From Azolla caroliniana (Eukaryota > Plantae > Polypodiophyta), in assembly GCA_043228905.1 (NCBI GenBank), contig JBHGNT010000007.1, positions 8,556,001-8,620,000 on the forward strand: DNA of 64,000 nt. Direction: 5' to 3'. A program made the translations under genes and the position numbers. Of this stretch, positions 1 to 12,384 are shown one piece after another. The notes under the pieces were generated by a model. That model was not told where the DNA came from. It saw nothing but the letters and a program-made list of their open reading frames with translations, and ran no database searches. Each line of letters starts with the position of its first letter. Position 1 is the first letter of the stretch.

Positions 1-1420
1 TAAATTTTCTCGCGAGTAGACTGTGTTTCCCAACTTCCAAGGAATGGAGACTGTGCTTCGAAAGATTTGTGTCACTATTGTCATTGCTTATATTTCTTGG
101 TGTGAAATCAATATTGAAGTAGTACTATTTATTTTCCCTAAACATTTACACTTCCTCGCGAGTACACTGTGTTTACATACATCTAAAGAAAGGAAAGGAT
201 GCATGTGATTGCTTCAAAAGAGTTGTGTCACTATTGTCATTGGTTATATATCTTGGTCTGAAATGAATATCGAAATAGTAGTATTTAATTTACCTAAACA
301 TTTAAACTTTCTCGTGAGTAGACTGTGTTTCCAAACATCCAAAAAACGGAAAGGATGCATGTGATTGCTTCGAAAGATTTGTGTCACTATTGTGATTGGT
401 TATATTTCTTGTTGTGAGAACAATATCTAAGTAGTACTATTTAATGTCCCTGAATTTCATAACTAGTAATTAAGTTTATCAAATCAATTTTGCCGAGTGG
501 TTAATGTGTGTGCTTGCTAAGTACATGGGGTCTCCCCATGAGAGTTCGAGTCTCTTATTTGACAACTTCTTGCAATATTGTGTTTCTATATATCCAAAGA
601 GTTGAAGGGTAACATGTGATTGGTTGAAAGCATTTATGTCACTATTGTCATTGCTTATATTTCTTGTTGTGAAATCAATATTGAAGTAGTACTATTTATT
701 TTCCCTAAACATTTCAAGTTTTCCGCAAGTAGACTGTGTTTCTATACATCCAAAGAACGGAAGGGTTACATGTGATTGCTTCGAAAGATTTGTGGCACTA
801 TTGTTATTGCGTATATTTCTTGGTTTGAAATTAATATTGAAGTATTACTATTTATTTTCCCTAAACATTTAACCTTTCTCGCGAGTAGACTGTGTTTCCA
901 TACATCCAAATTACGGAAAGGATGCATGAGATTGCATCGAAAGATTTATGTCACTATTGTCATTGGTTTTATTTCCTAGTGTGAAATCAATATCGAAGTA
1001 GTAGTATTCAATTTCCCTAAACATTTAAACTCTCTTGCGAGTAGACTGTGTTTCCATACATCCAAAACAATATGTACATAGTAGGCACAAGCCTTAACCA
1101 CTCGGCCAACGTGACTTGATAAAACGTAAATTGAAACTACTTATAAAATTAAGGGAAATTAAATTGTACTACTCCGATATTGTTTTCACAGCAAGAAATA
1201 TAACAAATGACAATAGTAACACAAATCTTTAGAAGAATTCACATTCATCCTTTAGAAGAATTCATAGGTTAAATGTTTAGGGAAAATAAATAGTACTACT
1301 TAAATATTGATTTCACACCAAGAAATATAAGCAATGAAAATTGTGACGCAAATCTTTTCAAGCAATCACATGTAACCCTTCAACTCTTTGGATGTATGGA
1401 AACATAGTATTCCAAGAAGT

Positions 1421-1502
1421 CATCACCTCAAAGATTAGAACTCTCCCTAGGAGACCCCATGTAGTTAGCAGGCACACGCCTTACCCACTCGGCCAAAGTG
1501 AC
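1421..1502 (-). pseudogene. tRNA-Ser(GCU) degenerate copy inside the inverted segment
   Basis: Reverse complement reads GTCACTTTGGCCGAGTGGGTAAGG...GTTCTAATCTTTGAGGTGATG. The B box is damaged. Same variant type as the copy at 32050. Confidence 0.75.
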
Positions 1503-3138
1503 TTGATAAGCTTAACTACTAGTTATTAAATTAAGGGAAATTAAATAGTAATACTATGATATTGTTTTCACAACAAGAAATATAACCAATGACAATAGTG
1601 ACACAAATCTTTCGAAGCAATCAAATGCATCCTTTCCATTTTTTGGATGTATGGAAACACAGTCTACTCGCAAGAAAGTTTAAATGTTTAGGGAAATTGA
1701 ATACTACTACTTCGATATTGATTTCACACTAAGAAATAAAACCAATGACAATAGTGACATAAATCTTTCGAAGCAATCTCATGCATCCTTTCCGTAATTT
1801 GGATGTATGGAAACACAGTCTACTCGCGAGAAAGGTTAAATGTTTAGGGAAAATAAATAGTAATACTTCAATATTAATTTCAAACCAAGAAATATACGCA
1901 ATAACAATAGTGCCACAAATCTTTCGAAGCAATCACATGTAACCCTTCCGTTCTTTGGATGTATAGAAACACAGTCTACTTGCGGAAAACTTGAAATGTT
2001 TAGGGAAAATAAATAGTACTACTTCAATATTGATTTCACAACAAGAAATATAAGCAATGACAATAGTGACATAAATGCTTTCAACCAATCACATGTTACC
2101 CTTCAACTCTTTGGATATGTACATAACGTTTAACAGCAAGAGTTCGAATCTCATTGCTGAGAACTTATTGCAAGATTGTGTATTCATACATCCAAAGAAT
2201 TGAAGGGTTACATATGATTTCATAGATTTTGTGTCACTATTGTCATTGGTTATATTTCTAGCTGTGAAAACAATATCGGAGTATTGCTATATAATTACAT
2301 TTAGACTTTCTAACGAGTAGACCGTGTTTCCATACTTCCAAAGAATTGAAAGCATACATCTGTTTCCATACTATTAATTTTCCTTAATTTTATAACTAGT
2401 AATTAAGTTTATCAAGTCAATTTGGCTGAGTGGCTAAGGCGTGTGCCTTCTAAGTACATGGGGTCTCCCTATGAGAGTTCCAATCTCTCAGGTGATGACT
2501 TCTTGCAATACTGTGTTTCCATACATTCAAAGAGTTGAAAGGTTATATGTGATTGCTTCAAAAGATTTGTGGCATTATTGTCATTGCTTATATTTCTTGG
2601 TGTGAAATCAATATTTAAATAGTATTATTTATTTTTCCTAAACATTTAAACTTTCTCGCGAGTAGACTGTGTTTCCATAAATCCAAAGAACGGAAGGATT
2701 ACATGTGATTGCTTCGAAAGATTTGTGTCACGATTGGTATTGCTTATATTTTTTGGTGTGAAGTCAATATGGAAAGAGTACTATTCATTTTCCCTCAACA
2801 TTAAAACTTTCTCGCGAGTAGACTTTGTTTCCATGCAACCAAAGAACGGAAAGGATCCATGGGATTGCTTCGAAACATTTCTGTCACTATTGTCATTGGT
2901 TTTATTTCTTAGTGTGAAATCAATATCGAAGGAGTAGTATTCAATTTCCCTAAACATTTAAACTTTCTTGCGAGTAGACTGTGTTTCCATACATCCAAAA
3001 AACGGAAAGGATGCATTTGATTGCTTCGAAAGATTTGTGTCACTATTGTCATTGGTTATATTTCTTGTTGTGAAAACAATATCGTAGTATTACTATTTAA
3101 TTTCCCTTAATTTAATAACTAGTAGTTAAGCTTATCAA

Positions 3139-3220
3139 GTCACTTTGGCCGAGTGGTTAAGGCGTGTGCCTGCTAAGTATATGGGGTTTCCCCGTGACAG
3201 TTCGAATCTCTTAGGTGACG
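3139..3220 (+). pseudogene. tRNA-Ser(GCU) copy, mildly degenerate
   Basis: GTCACTTTGGCCGAGTGGTTAAGGCGTGTGCCTGCTAAG...GTTCGAATCTCTTAGGTGACG with a T-stem mismatch. Confidence 0.7.
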
Positions 3221-6200
3221 ACTTCTTGCAATACTATGTTTCCATACATCTAAAGAGTTTAAGGGTTAGATGTGATTGTTTCCAAAGATTTTTGGTCACT
3301 ATTGTCATTGGTTGTATTTGTTGGTGTGAAATCAATATCGTAGTGGTACTATTTAATTTCCCTAAACATTTAAACTTTCAATTTAATTTTTATAACTAGT
3401 GTCAAATTTAATTTTTGTCAAGGCACTTTGGCCCAGTGGTTAAGGCGTGTGCTTGCTAAGTCCACGGGGTCTTCACGCGAGAGTTCTAATCTCTCAGGTG
3501 ACGACTGCATGGGAGAAAATACTTCAATTAATACAAAGAACTAAAACGATACACGTGATCGCGTAAAATGATTTGTGTCAATATTGTCGTTGGCTGTATC
3601 TCTTGGTTTGTAAACAGTATTGGAGTAATACTATTTAATTTCACTACACATTTAACATAACTAGTTTTAATTAAGTTTCTCACATCACTTTGGCTAAGTG
3701 GTTAAGCCGTGTGCCTCCTCCCTTCGAGAGTTAGAATCTCTTAGGTGACGACTTCTTGCAAGACTGTGCTTCCATACATCCAAATTACGGAAAGGATGCA
3801 TGGGATTGCATCGAAAGATTTGTGCCACTATTGTTATAGCTTAGATTTCTTGGTGTGAAATCAATATCGAAAAAGTACTATTTAATTTCCCGAAACATTT
3901 AAACTTTCTAGCGAGTAGACTGTGTTTCCATACCTCCAAAGAACGAAAAGGATGTATGTGATTGGTTCAAAAGATTTGTGTCACTATTGTCATTGGTTAT
4001 ATTTCTTGTTGTGAAAACAATTTTAGATTCTTTTCCCTTAATTTCATAACTAGTAATTAAGATTATCAAGTCACTTTGGGTGAGTGGTTAAGGCGTGTGC
4101 CTGCTAAGTACATTGTGTCTCCCCGCGAGAGATCGAATCTCTTACATGATGACTTCTTGTAACATTGTTTTTCCCTAAATCGAATGAATTGAAGGGTTAC
4201 CTGTGATTGCTTCGAAATATTTTCTGTCACTATTATCATTGGTTGTATTTGTTGGTGTGAAAAGAATATCGTAGTGGTACTATTTAATTTTCCTCAACAT
4301 TTAAACTTTCAATTTAATTTTTATAACTAGTTTTTAATTAAATTTTTTTCAAGTCACTTTTGCCGAGTGGTTAAGGCGTGTGCCTGCTAAGTACATGGGG
4401 TCTCCTCGCGAGAGCTTGAATCTCTGAGGTCATAATTTCTTGCTAGATTGTGTTTCAATACAGCCAAAGAACACAAAGGATGCATGGGATTGCTTCGAAA
4501 GATTTGTGTCACTATTGTCATTGCTTATATTTCTTTGTATGAAATCAATATCGAAGTAGTAATATTTAATCTCTCTAAACTTTTAAACTTTCTCGCGAGT
4601 ACACTATGTTTCCCTATATCCAAAGATCAGAAAGGATGCATGTGATTGCTTCGAAAGATTTGTGTCACTATTGTCATTGGTTATATTTCTTGGTGTGAAA
4701 ACAATATTAGAGTAGTACTATTTAATTATATTTAGACATTCTAACAAGTAGACTGTGTTTCCATAAATCCCAAGAATGGAAAGGATGCATGGGATTGCTT
4801 CGAAAGATTTGTGTCACTATTGTCATTGCTTTGATTTCTTGTTGTGAAATCAATATTGAAGTAGTACTATTTATTTTCTCTAAACAATTAAACTTTCTAG
4901 CCAGTAGACTGTGTTTCCATACATCCAAAGAACGGAAAGGATACATGTGATTGCTTCAAAAGATTTGTGTCACTAGTCTCATTGGTTATATTTCTTGTTG
5001 TGAAAACAATATCGGAGTTGTACTTTTTCATTTCCCTTAATTTCATAACTAGTAATTAAGTTTATCAAGTCACTTCGGCCGAGTGGTTAAGGCGTGTGTC
5101 TGCTAAGTACATTGTGTCTCCCCGCGAGAGATCTAATCTCTTAGGTGACGACTTCTTGCAATATTGTTTTTCCATACTTCGAAAGAATTGAAGGGTTACA
5201 TGTGATTGCTTCGAAATATTTTTGTCACTATTATCATTAGCTGTATTTGTTGGTGTGAAAAGAATATCGTAGTGGTACTATGTAATTTTCCTAGACATTT
5301 AAACTTTCAATTTAATTTTTATAACTAGTTTTAAATTTAATTTTTTTTAAGTAACTTTGGCTGAGTGGTTAAGGTGAGTGCCTGCTAGGTACACGGGGTC
5401 TCCCCGCGAGAGTTCGAATCTCTGAGGTGATGATTTCTTCCTCGATTGTGTTTCCATATAGCCAAAGAACGGAAAGGATGCATGGGATTGCTTTGAAAGA
5501 TTTGTGTCACTATTGTCATTACTTATATTTCTTGGTATGAAATCAATATGGAAGTAGTAGTATTTAATTTCCCTAAACACTTAAACTTTCTCGCGAGTAG
5601 ACTATGTTTCCCTACATCCAAAGAACAAAACGGATGGATGTGATTGCTTCGAAAGATTTGTGTCACTATTGTCATTGGTTATAATTTTTGGTGTGAAAAC
5701 AATATTAGAGTAGTACTATTTAATTACATTTAGACTTTCTAACGAGTAGACTTTGTTTCCATACATCGAATGAATTGAAAGCATACATCTGAATCCGTAG
5801 AAAGATTTGTGTCACTATTGTCATTAATTGTATTTTTTCGTGCGAAAACAGTATTGCAGTAGTACAATTTGATTTCCCTAAACATATAAACTTTCTCGTG
5901 AGTAGACTGTGTTTCCATACATCCAAAGAACTAAAGGAATACATGTCATTAACTCGAAATATTTTTCTTTACTATTGTCATTGCTTATATTTCTTGGTGT
6001 GAAATCAATATTCAAGTAGTAGTATTTAATTTCCCTAAACATTTAAACTTTCTCGCGAGTAGATTTTGTTTTCATACATCCAAAGAACGGAAAGGATGAA
6101 TGTGACTGCTTGGAAAGATTTGTATCACTATTGTCATTGCTTATATTTCTTGTCGTGAAAACAATATCGCAGTAGTACTATTTAACTTCCCTTAATTGCA

Positions 6201-6808
6201 GACCAAGTAATTATGTTTATGAAGTCACTTTGGTAGAGTGGTTAAGGCGTGTGCTTGCTAAGTACATGGGGTGTTTTTTAATACATCCATAGAGTTGAGG
6301 GCTTACATGTGATGGCTTCGAAAGATTTTCTGTCACTATTGTCATTGGTGGTATTTGTTGGTGTGGAAATATTATCGTAGTGGTACTATTTAATTTCCCT
6401 GAACATTTAAACTTTCGATTTAATTTTTATAACTAGTTTCAAATTTAATTTTTGTCAAGGCACTTTGGGCCAGTGGTTAAGGCGTGTGCTTGCTAAGTCC
6501 ACGGGGTCTTCACGGGAGAGTTCTAATCTCTCAAGTGACGACTTCATGGGAGAAAATATTTCAATTAATGCAAAAAACTAAAACTTTGGCCAAGTGGTTA
6601 ATGCGTGTGCCTTCTAAGTACATGGGGTCTCCCCGTGAGAGTTGCAATCTCTTAGGTGACGACTTCGTGGGAGAAAATATTTCCATTCATTGAAAAAATT
6701 GAAATAATAAATGTGATCACGTAAAACGATTCGTATCAATAATATCATTGGCTGTATTTCTTCTTTGGAAAAAAATATCGGAGCAGTACTATTGGGAAAA
6801 AAAAAAAA

Positions 6809-8695
6809 CTAGGGTTGGGGTTCCTCTTGGTCCAGAACATCCTCCGTGATGTCGGCCGTAAGCGTATGCTCCGGTGGTTGGGGTTCCTCTTGGTCAGCAA
6901 TTTCGTTGTCTGGTATTGTGGGGGGCTCCGCTCGCCGTTCCGTGCTGTTCACCGTAGTGGTAATTTCCAATGACATGGGCTTAGGTTCCTCTTGTTCGGC
7001 AGTATCTGGAATTGGTATCACGATGGATTCCACGTTTATTCGTGTGCTACCAGCTTGCGTGATCTGGTGAAATAGGTCCTCCTGACTTTCACCAAAATCA
7101 TCCAGTAACTGCGCGAGTTCCTCGGAATGTTGGTCCGCTAGCGTGCAATAGTCCTGCGCTAGGTCCTCGCGTACTGCCGCAATGCTTTCCTCATTGAGTT
7201 TGTAGAACCCTCGGCCATCTTTCCTTCGGTTCTCCCAGTCCACTTGGTACGTATGCAATTCCTCTGCATATGTAGCCCACACCATCCATCCTTTGTCTAG
7301 CGTTGATTTTAATTGCATCATAAACCTCTCTCGATTCATTTGCTGACGGATGCACACGTTGTCTGTTATGGCTTGGCAATTGTTGCGTGCTTCTTCTACG
7401 AATTTCTTGTTCACTAACCGCCGCCGCTTCCTCATAAGTGCTCCTCATTCCTGCCCAGAGCTGAGATTCCTTCGAATGTAGTTCTTCCAGTTTTCCCATT
7501 TCATTGTTTAGGCGGATTTCTAGCTTATGTCTCCTCTCCTGTTTTCCAACCAGTTGCTCGTCGAACCATGCTTTCTTCTTCTCCAATAAGGCACGGAGTC
7601 CCGGGATTGCCGCTTCCGATTTTTTCGCTTCCTGCCGTAATTTGGCATTTTCTTTTTTTGTCTGGGTGTGTTGTGCTGTCTCCGTTGCGAGTTTCTCTTC
7701 AAGGGTCTTCACTGCCTTTCGGCCGTTGGCCCGGATGTCCTTTTCATTGTCCAAGGACTGGCGAAGTTCGGCGCGGAGAAGGTCAATCTCTAATTCCGCC
7801 AGTTGCACGACCCGTTTCGCTTTCGAGGCAATGGCAGTCTGAGCTTCAATTCCTTGCCTCAGGGCTTCGACGGCGTTGGTTGTTGGTGGAGTTGCCTGTT
7901 GCGCCGTAGTTGCGTTATTTTCCAACTCCGTGATGCGTTCATTGGCCTTTTGTAGCTCGGCTTGGGTCAGTTTAACCTTTTTCCAGACATTTTTATTTTT
8001 AATCGCCATATCCTTGGCGCCCATACTGACCTTTGCCAGTTCCCTATGAATTTCGACAGGGGCCGCATTTAATGGGGGTAGTTCCATCCCCATTCCGCGT
8101 ATATCGGCGTTCCTTTGCCTGCCTACTCTGGCTAACTGATCCTCATCGTCGCTTTCCACCGTTTGTGTTAACACGCGGTCGATCATTTGGTGCTCCGCGT
8201 GCTCCTCGGCCATTCGTTGTGAGACTTTTATCTATTGCGTTTGCAAGAATTCCATGAGTTCAAAAGTGGTTCCGAATTGTAATAGTGCGCCAAACTCATG
8301 GGCCGTGTCCGGAATGTCCGGACACGCCAGGACCTCGCTTTCCGCCGTTAATACAGCTTTCCCCCACTGTGACTTGGCCATAATGATCGGCCGTGGTTCC
8401 CGGATTACTTCGAAGGTGATGTTGGGCTCTGTAGCTACGGAGCTGTCGCCCACGGTCGTCGTCTCCGTGGCCGTGAGTGTGTCTTTAACTAACCCGCGCC
8501 TATCTTTCCTGTCCAGTCTCCGCTGTTTCGGCCTCGAGCTTTCGTGCCGTGGTTCGGCTTCTGGCTCCGGTGCCGCTTCCTTGGTGCGCTCAGCCTGCTC
8601 TTCCTGTGTTGTTCGCGTGTTCGGCTGGGCGGGTTGGGGTTCATCCTCCCACTCTGTGGTGGCTAACTCCGCTAACATTCGCTTCGCGGATCGAG
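6809..8695 (-). mobile_element. Fragment of a Gypsy 3' accessory (coiled-coil) ORF region
   Basis: ORFs 8232-8678, 7191-8213 and 6809-7435 are collinear with and highly similar to 33340-34919, which lies downstream of pol in element E. Confidence 0.85.
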
Positions 8696-9493
8696 GGGCC
8701 TCTGACTGGAAGATATCAAATTTGTATGCTTATATTAAACAATTAATGGAAAATGAGAAAGATTGACAAATTTCATTAATAAATAGAAAAGAAAAATTAC
8801 AATCAATCCCAAGATTGGGATTACAAAAGTTTTAGCTTATGGAGATTACTAGAATAATAGATTAGAAGAAACTAAGATACGAATTCGATAGGAAAATTAT
8901 ATGGCTTCCGTAGGGAAAATTAGGGTTTATGCCTTCCAAAAGGAAATTTAGGGTTCTTGGTTTCGATAAGATAAGGGAGCTTAGAAGGAAAAGAAAAATA
9001 ATTAAGATAATACGGAGAGAGCCTAAGTGTAGGAAAAAGAAAATGGAATTTTATATGGAGTTCTCCCTTGATCATCTGCATGTCTAGTTTTTGTTGCATG
9101 GCCTCTACTTTTAGTTGCTTAGCTTTTTCTTTTAGTTGCATCTATTTTTAGTTGCATGCCTTTTTCTTTTAGTTGCATGTGACCGTCCACATGACCTTTA
9201 CTTTAGTTTTCTTCACTTCACTTTAATTAGCCACATGATCCTTTTATCTGTTCGGTTTGCGTCCAGCCTTGTCTGGTCGCCGGTTCCGTTCAGTCGCCGA
9301 TTGCCGCCACCTCACCGGCTCCGCCACCGGTTCCGGTTTGCTTATCGACCGGTTTTTGGTTTTGCTTACCGGCCCGGTTCTGAATTGCTTACTAGCCTGG
9401 TTCCGAATTGCTTCCTGGCCGGTTCTGGTTTGCTTCCCGACCAGTTTCCAATTTTGCTTATCGGCCCGGTTCCGGTTTGCTTCCCGCCTGGTT
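8696..9493 (-). mobile_element. Truncated LTR of tRNA-Trp-primed family B
   Basis: Aligns to the LTR at 18737-19930 from ggggcctc onward. Short ORFs 8920-9141 and 19070-19261 are near-identical. Confidence 0.85.
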
Positions 9494-10855
9494 GATACGT
9501 GAACGTTGAGAAAGAATTAACCGAAATGAGAAAGATGTCGTGAAAATACGACGAGGATTCGTGAACGTTGAGGCAAGACCCCGTGGTCTTTGACTAGAGG
9601 ATATCAAATTTGTGTATTTATGTACTAAGAATTAACCGAAATGAGAAAGATCAACAAATTTCATTAACAAGTAGAAAGAAAGATTACAATTAATCCCATG
9701 ATTGGGATTACAAAAAGTTTGCTAATGGAGATGGCTAGAGTAATAGATTAGAAGAAATGAGATATGGATTTAATTAGAATATTAGGGGTTTTAGCTTCAA
9801 TTCGAAAATTAGGGTTTTTGAGTTGTATGGCTTTGATTAGGAAATTAGGGTTTTTGAGTTCTATGGCTTTTATTAGGAAATTAGGGTTTACTTGAGAGAT
9901 AGCTTCCTTCCCCTCTCAAAGAGAATTATGAGTTTATGAGTGATTAGCCCTTAATTCACGGATTCTTCCTTTTTTTTTCTCTCCTTCCCTTGCATGCGTC
10001 CCACATGGCATTTGCTTTGGTTTTCTTCACTTTACCTTAGTTTGTTGCATGATCTCCATCTTTTTGTTGCACACCTTCCACATCACCTTTACTTTTTGCA
10101 TGCACTCCAACTTTAGTTTGTTGCATGATCCAATCTTCCGTCCGTTCGCGTCCAACCTCATCCGGTAGCCGGTTCCGCCCGATCGCCGAATCCCTCACCG
10201 GCCGGTTCCATTTTGCTTGCTGGCCGGTTCTGATTTTGCTTGCCGGCCGGTTCCGGTTTGCTTGCCAGTTCCGGTTCCGGTTTTGCTTACCAGGTAGTTT
10301 CCGGTTTCTGGTTTTGCTTACCAGCCAGTTTCCGGTTTCCGATTTCCGATTTTGCATAGTGGCCACTTTCCGGATTTGCATACCGACCAGTTTCCAGATT
10401 CCGGTTTTGCTTACCGACCGGTTTCTGGTTTGCATACCTGCATACCAGCCAGTTATTGGTTTTGCATACCGGCCGGTTTCTGGATTTGCTTACCAGCCGG
10501 TTTCCGGATTTGCTTACCAATTGATTTCCTGTTTTTGGGAACTTGGCCACCATCATCCATCAAGACAATGTGGCCAAAGTGCTCTTAGCACAAATGAAAA
10601 ATGAGGGAGCTCAAGGTGCTTATATAGTTAGGGTCTTAAGTTTCCTATCTATGTGGGATAGTTCTAATTTCCCTATCTTCTCAAACTTCATTTTCACATA
10701 ACTTGATATGTATTTCTCCATTTTATATATAGTAAAATACGTTTTAAAGCTCTTGAGTACATCCATATTTCTATAACAAGCTATTGTAATGCATAGGATA
10801 TTATTTGCATTTATGTTTTATTATAAGAAAGTAATGTATATTCCAGATTTCTCTG

Positions 10856-10900
10856 GAACATTCTAGAAGTTTCAGGATTACTTCTGACAACACTATAAAA
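10856..10900 (+). promoter_or_regulatory. Heat-shock-element-like array plus TATA box in the chromovirus LTR (copy at 16279-16323)
   Basis: GAA-ca-TTC-ta-GAA-gt-TTC lies 20 bp upstream of TATAAAA at 10894. Confidence 0.6.
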
Positions 10901-11230
10901 GAAGGCACTAGACATTATGTTGAACCAAATTGGTTCAACGCAAGTGTTAAGCCTCTTAGTTGCTTTGTACTTATCTTTTCACATAATATATTAGCTTCTA
11001 TCATCTTCTTTCTCTCTCTCTCATCCTCGCTATCTCTCTCTCTCCTCTTCTCACTTCCTCTCTCGGGAATCTCACGCAATCTCGTCTTCTTAGTACTAAT
11101 AGTACTTCTCTTCTTAGTACTAATTCCATCTCTGCTTCAGTACTATTCCTGACAGTTTGAACCAATTTTTCTTCCTTTCCTCTAGCCTACTTGTCGTTCT
11201 CCCTCATCCTCCTACCCTTTTCCCTATACT

Positions 11231-12250
11231 ATGGCTACTGTTAGTGCCCAAGAATATCAATCCGTTTTCTCCGAGTTACAGTGCCTAAAAGAAAAGTTTG
11301 TTGCCCTGGAACATGAAAACCAACGGTTGATAGGGGATCTGCAACAAATCGCTCTCGAAAAACAACAAACGCAACAACAACATGGGGAGTTAGCGTTACG
11401 GGTACAACAACTCGAAGCAACATTGCCACAACAAGGATCAAGTTCCCAAGGATTTCATAAAGAGCCCAAGATTGGACTTCCTGTGAAATTTGATGGAACA
11501 CGATCGCAATTCCGGGGATTCCTAAATCAGGTACACTTAGTCATCCAGATGCATCCTTCCCGATATCCCACTGATGCATCTCGAGTCGGCCTAATAGGCA
11601 CGTTACTTAGCGGCTCAGCCTTGGCATGGTTCGCTCCACTTCTAGAAAAACAATCACCCTTGCTTAATACCTTTGAAGATTTTATTGGTGAGTTTAAAGC
11701 CTGTTTTGGAGATACCGACAGCATCAGGACGACGATCAACAAGATCCGAAGATTGCGTCAAGGCGATCGTCCAGCCTCGGCCTACGCGGCAGATTTCCGT
11801 CTACTCGCCTCAAATATCCCCTGGGATGATCAGGCCCTCATGGAGCAGTTTTGCTACGGCTTGCGCAACGATGTCAAAGACTTGCTTTTAACCTTCCCCG
11901 AGGAACCAAAGTCTCTTATGGAGGCAATCAGTCGAGCAGTCCGATGCGACAACCGCCTTTTCGAACGACGTTCGGAACGTCAGTTACAAATAGCACGCTC
12001 TCGGCCGGAACCCACATACACCTCAGTCACGGCTAAACCGTTTGCATGCGATGTACCTCAAGCCAATATTCCGACACCGATGGAGATTGACACCATGCGT
12101 TGACGCGGCCCGTTATCGGAAGAAGAAAAGCAACGACGACGTGCCAATCGATTATGTCTTTATTGCGGTGGACCAGGGCATATCGCCATCAATTGTCCCC
12201 ATAGGCCAAGAAGACAAGTAAATCAAATTGTCGTCTGTACTAAACCCTAG
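11231..12250 (+). pseudogene. gag: Chromovirus gag with a premature stop at 12101-12103 before the CCHC knuckle
   Basis: Contains KFDGTRSQFRGF, LRQG...YAADFR and PTPMEID. The frame continues after the TGA to [14 protein letters not shown]. Confidence 0.9.
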
Positions 12251-12384
12251 TCAATTATTCCCTTCAAAGTGTTTGATAGTATTAATAGTACTAATAGAGT
12301 GTCAGATAGTATTCATAGTACTAATAGCCCAAGTATCTCAAATAAATTTGAAATCCTTAGTCAATTAGATGAAGAGTTAAACGA

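Larger units (their letters stand above)
1..6793 (+). repeat. 156-bp tandem satellite with interspersed tRNA-Ser(GCU) cassettes, block 1 (contains an inverted segment 1071-2125)
   Basis: The landmark (g/a)agtagactgtgtttc recurs at 160/316 and 727/883/1039, a 156-bp period. tRNA copies start at 483, 2416, 3139, 3422, 3684, 4070, 4353, 5069, 5351, 6224, 6459 and ~6581, with one on the minus strand at 1421-1502 and one split copy (1071-1115 / 2116-2162). Confidence 0.95.

Noticed and set aside
2416-2497. Ser-body tRNAs with changed anticodons (TCT at 2416 and ~6581, GTT at 24715, CCT at 30526) as possible mistranslating tRNAs
   Set aside because: Each also has B-box or stem lesions, consistent with neutral decay.
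23-6693. Many 60-85 aa ORFs with similar translations in the satellite
   Set aside because: A by-product of the 156-bp (52-codon) period. No protein features, and frequent stops in sister copies.
6794-6815. A13 run followed by CTAGGGTT, suggesting a LINE tail or telomere seed
   Set aside because: The run is poly(T) on the element's coding strand with no TSD or LINE ORF. TAGGGTT motifs here and in the B LTRs are isolated telo-box-like words, not arrays.
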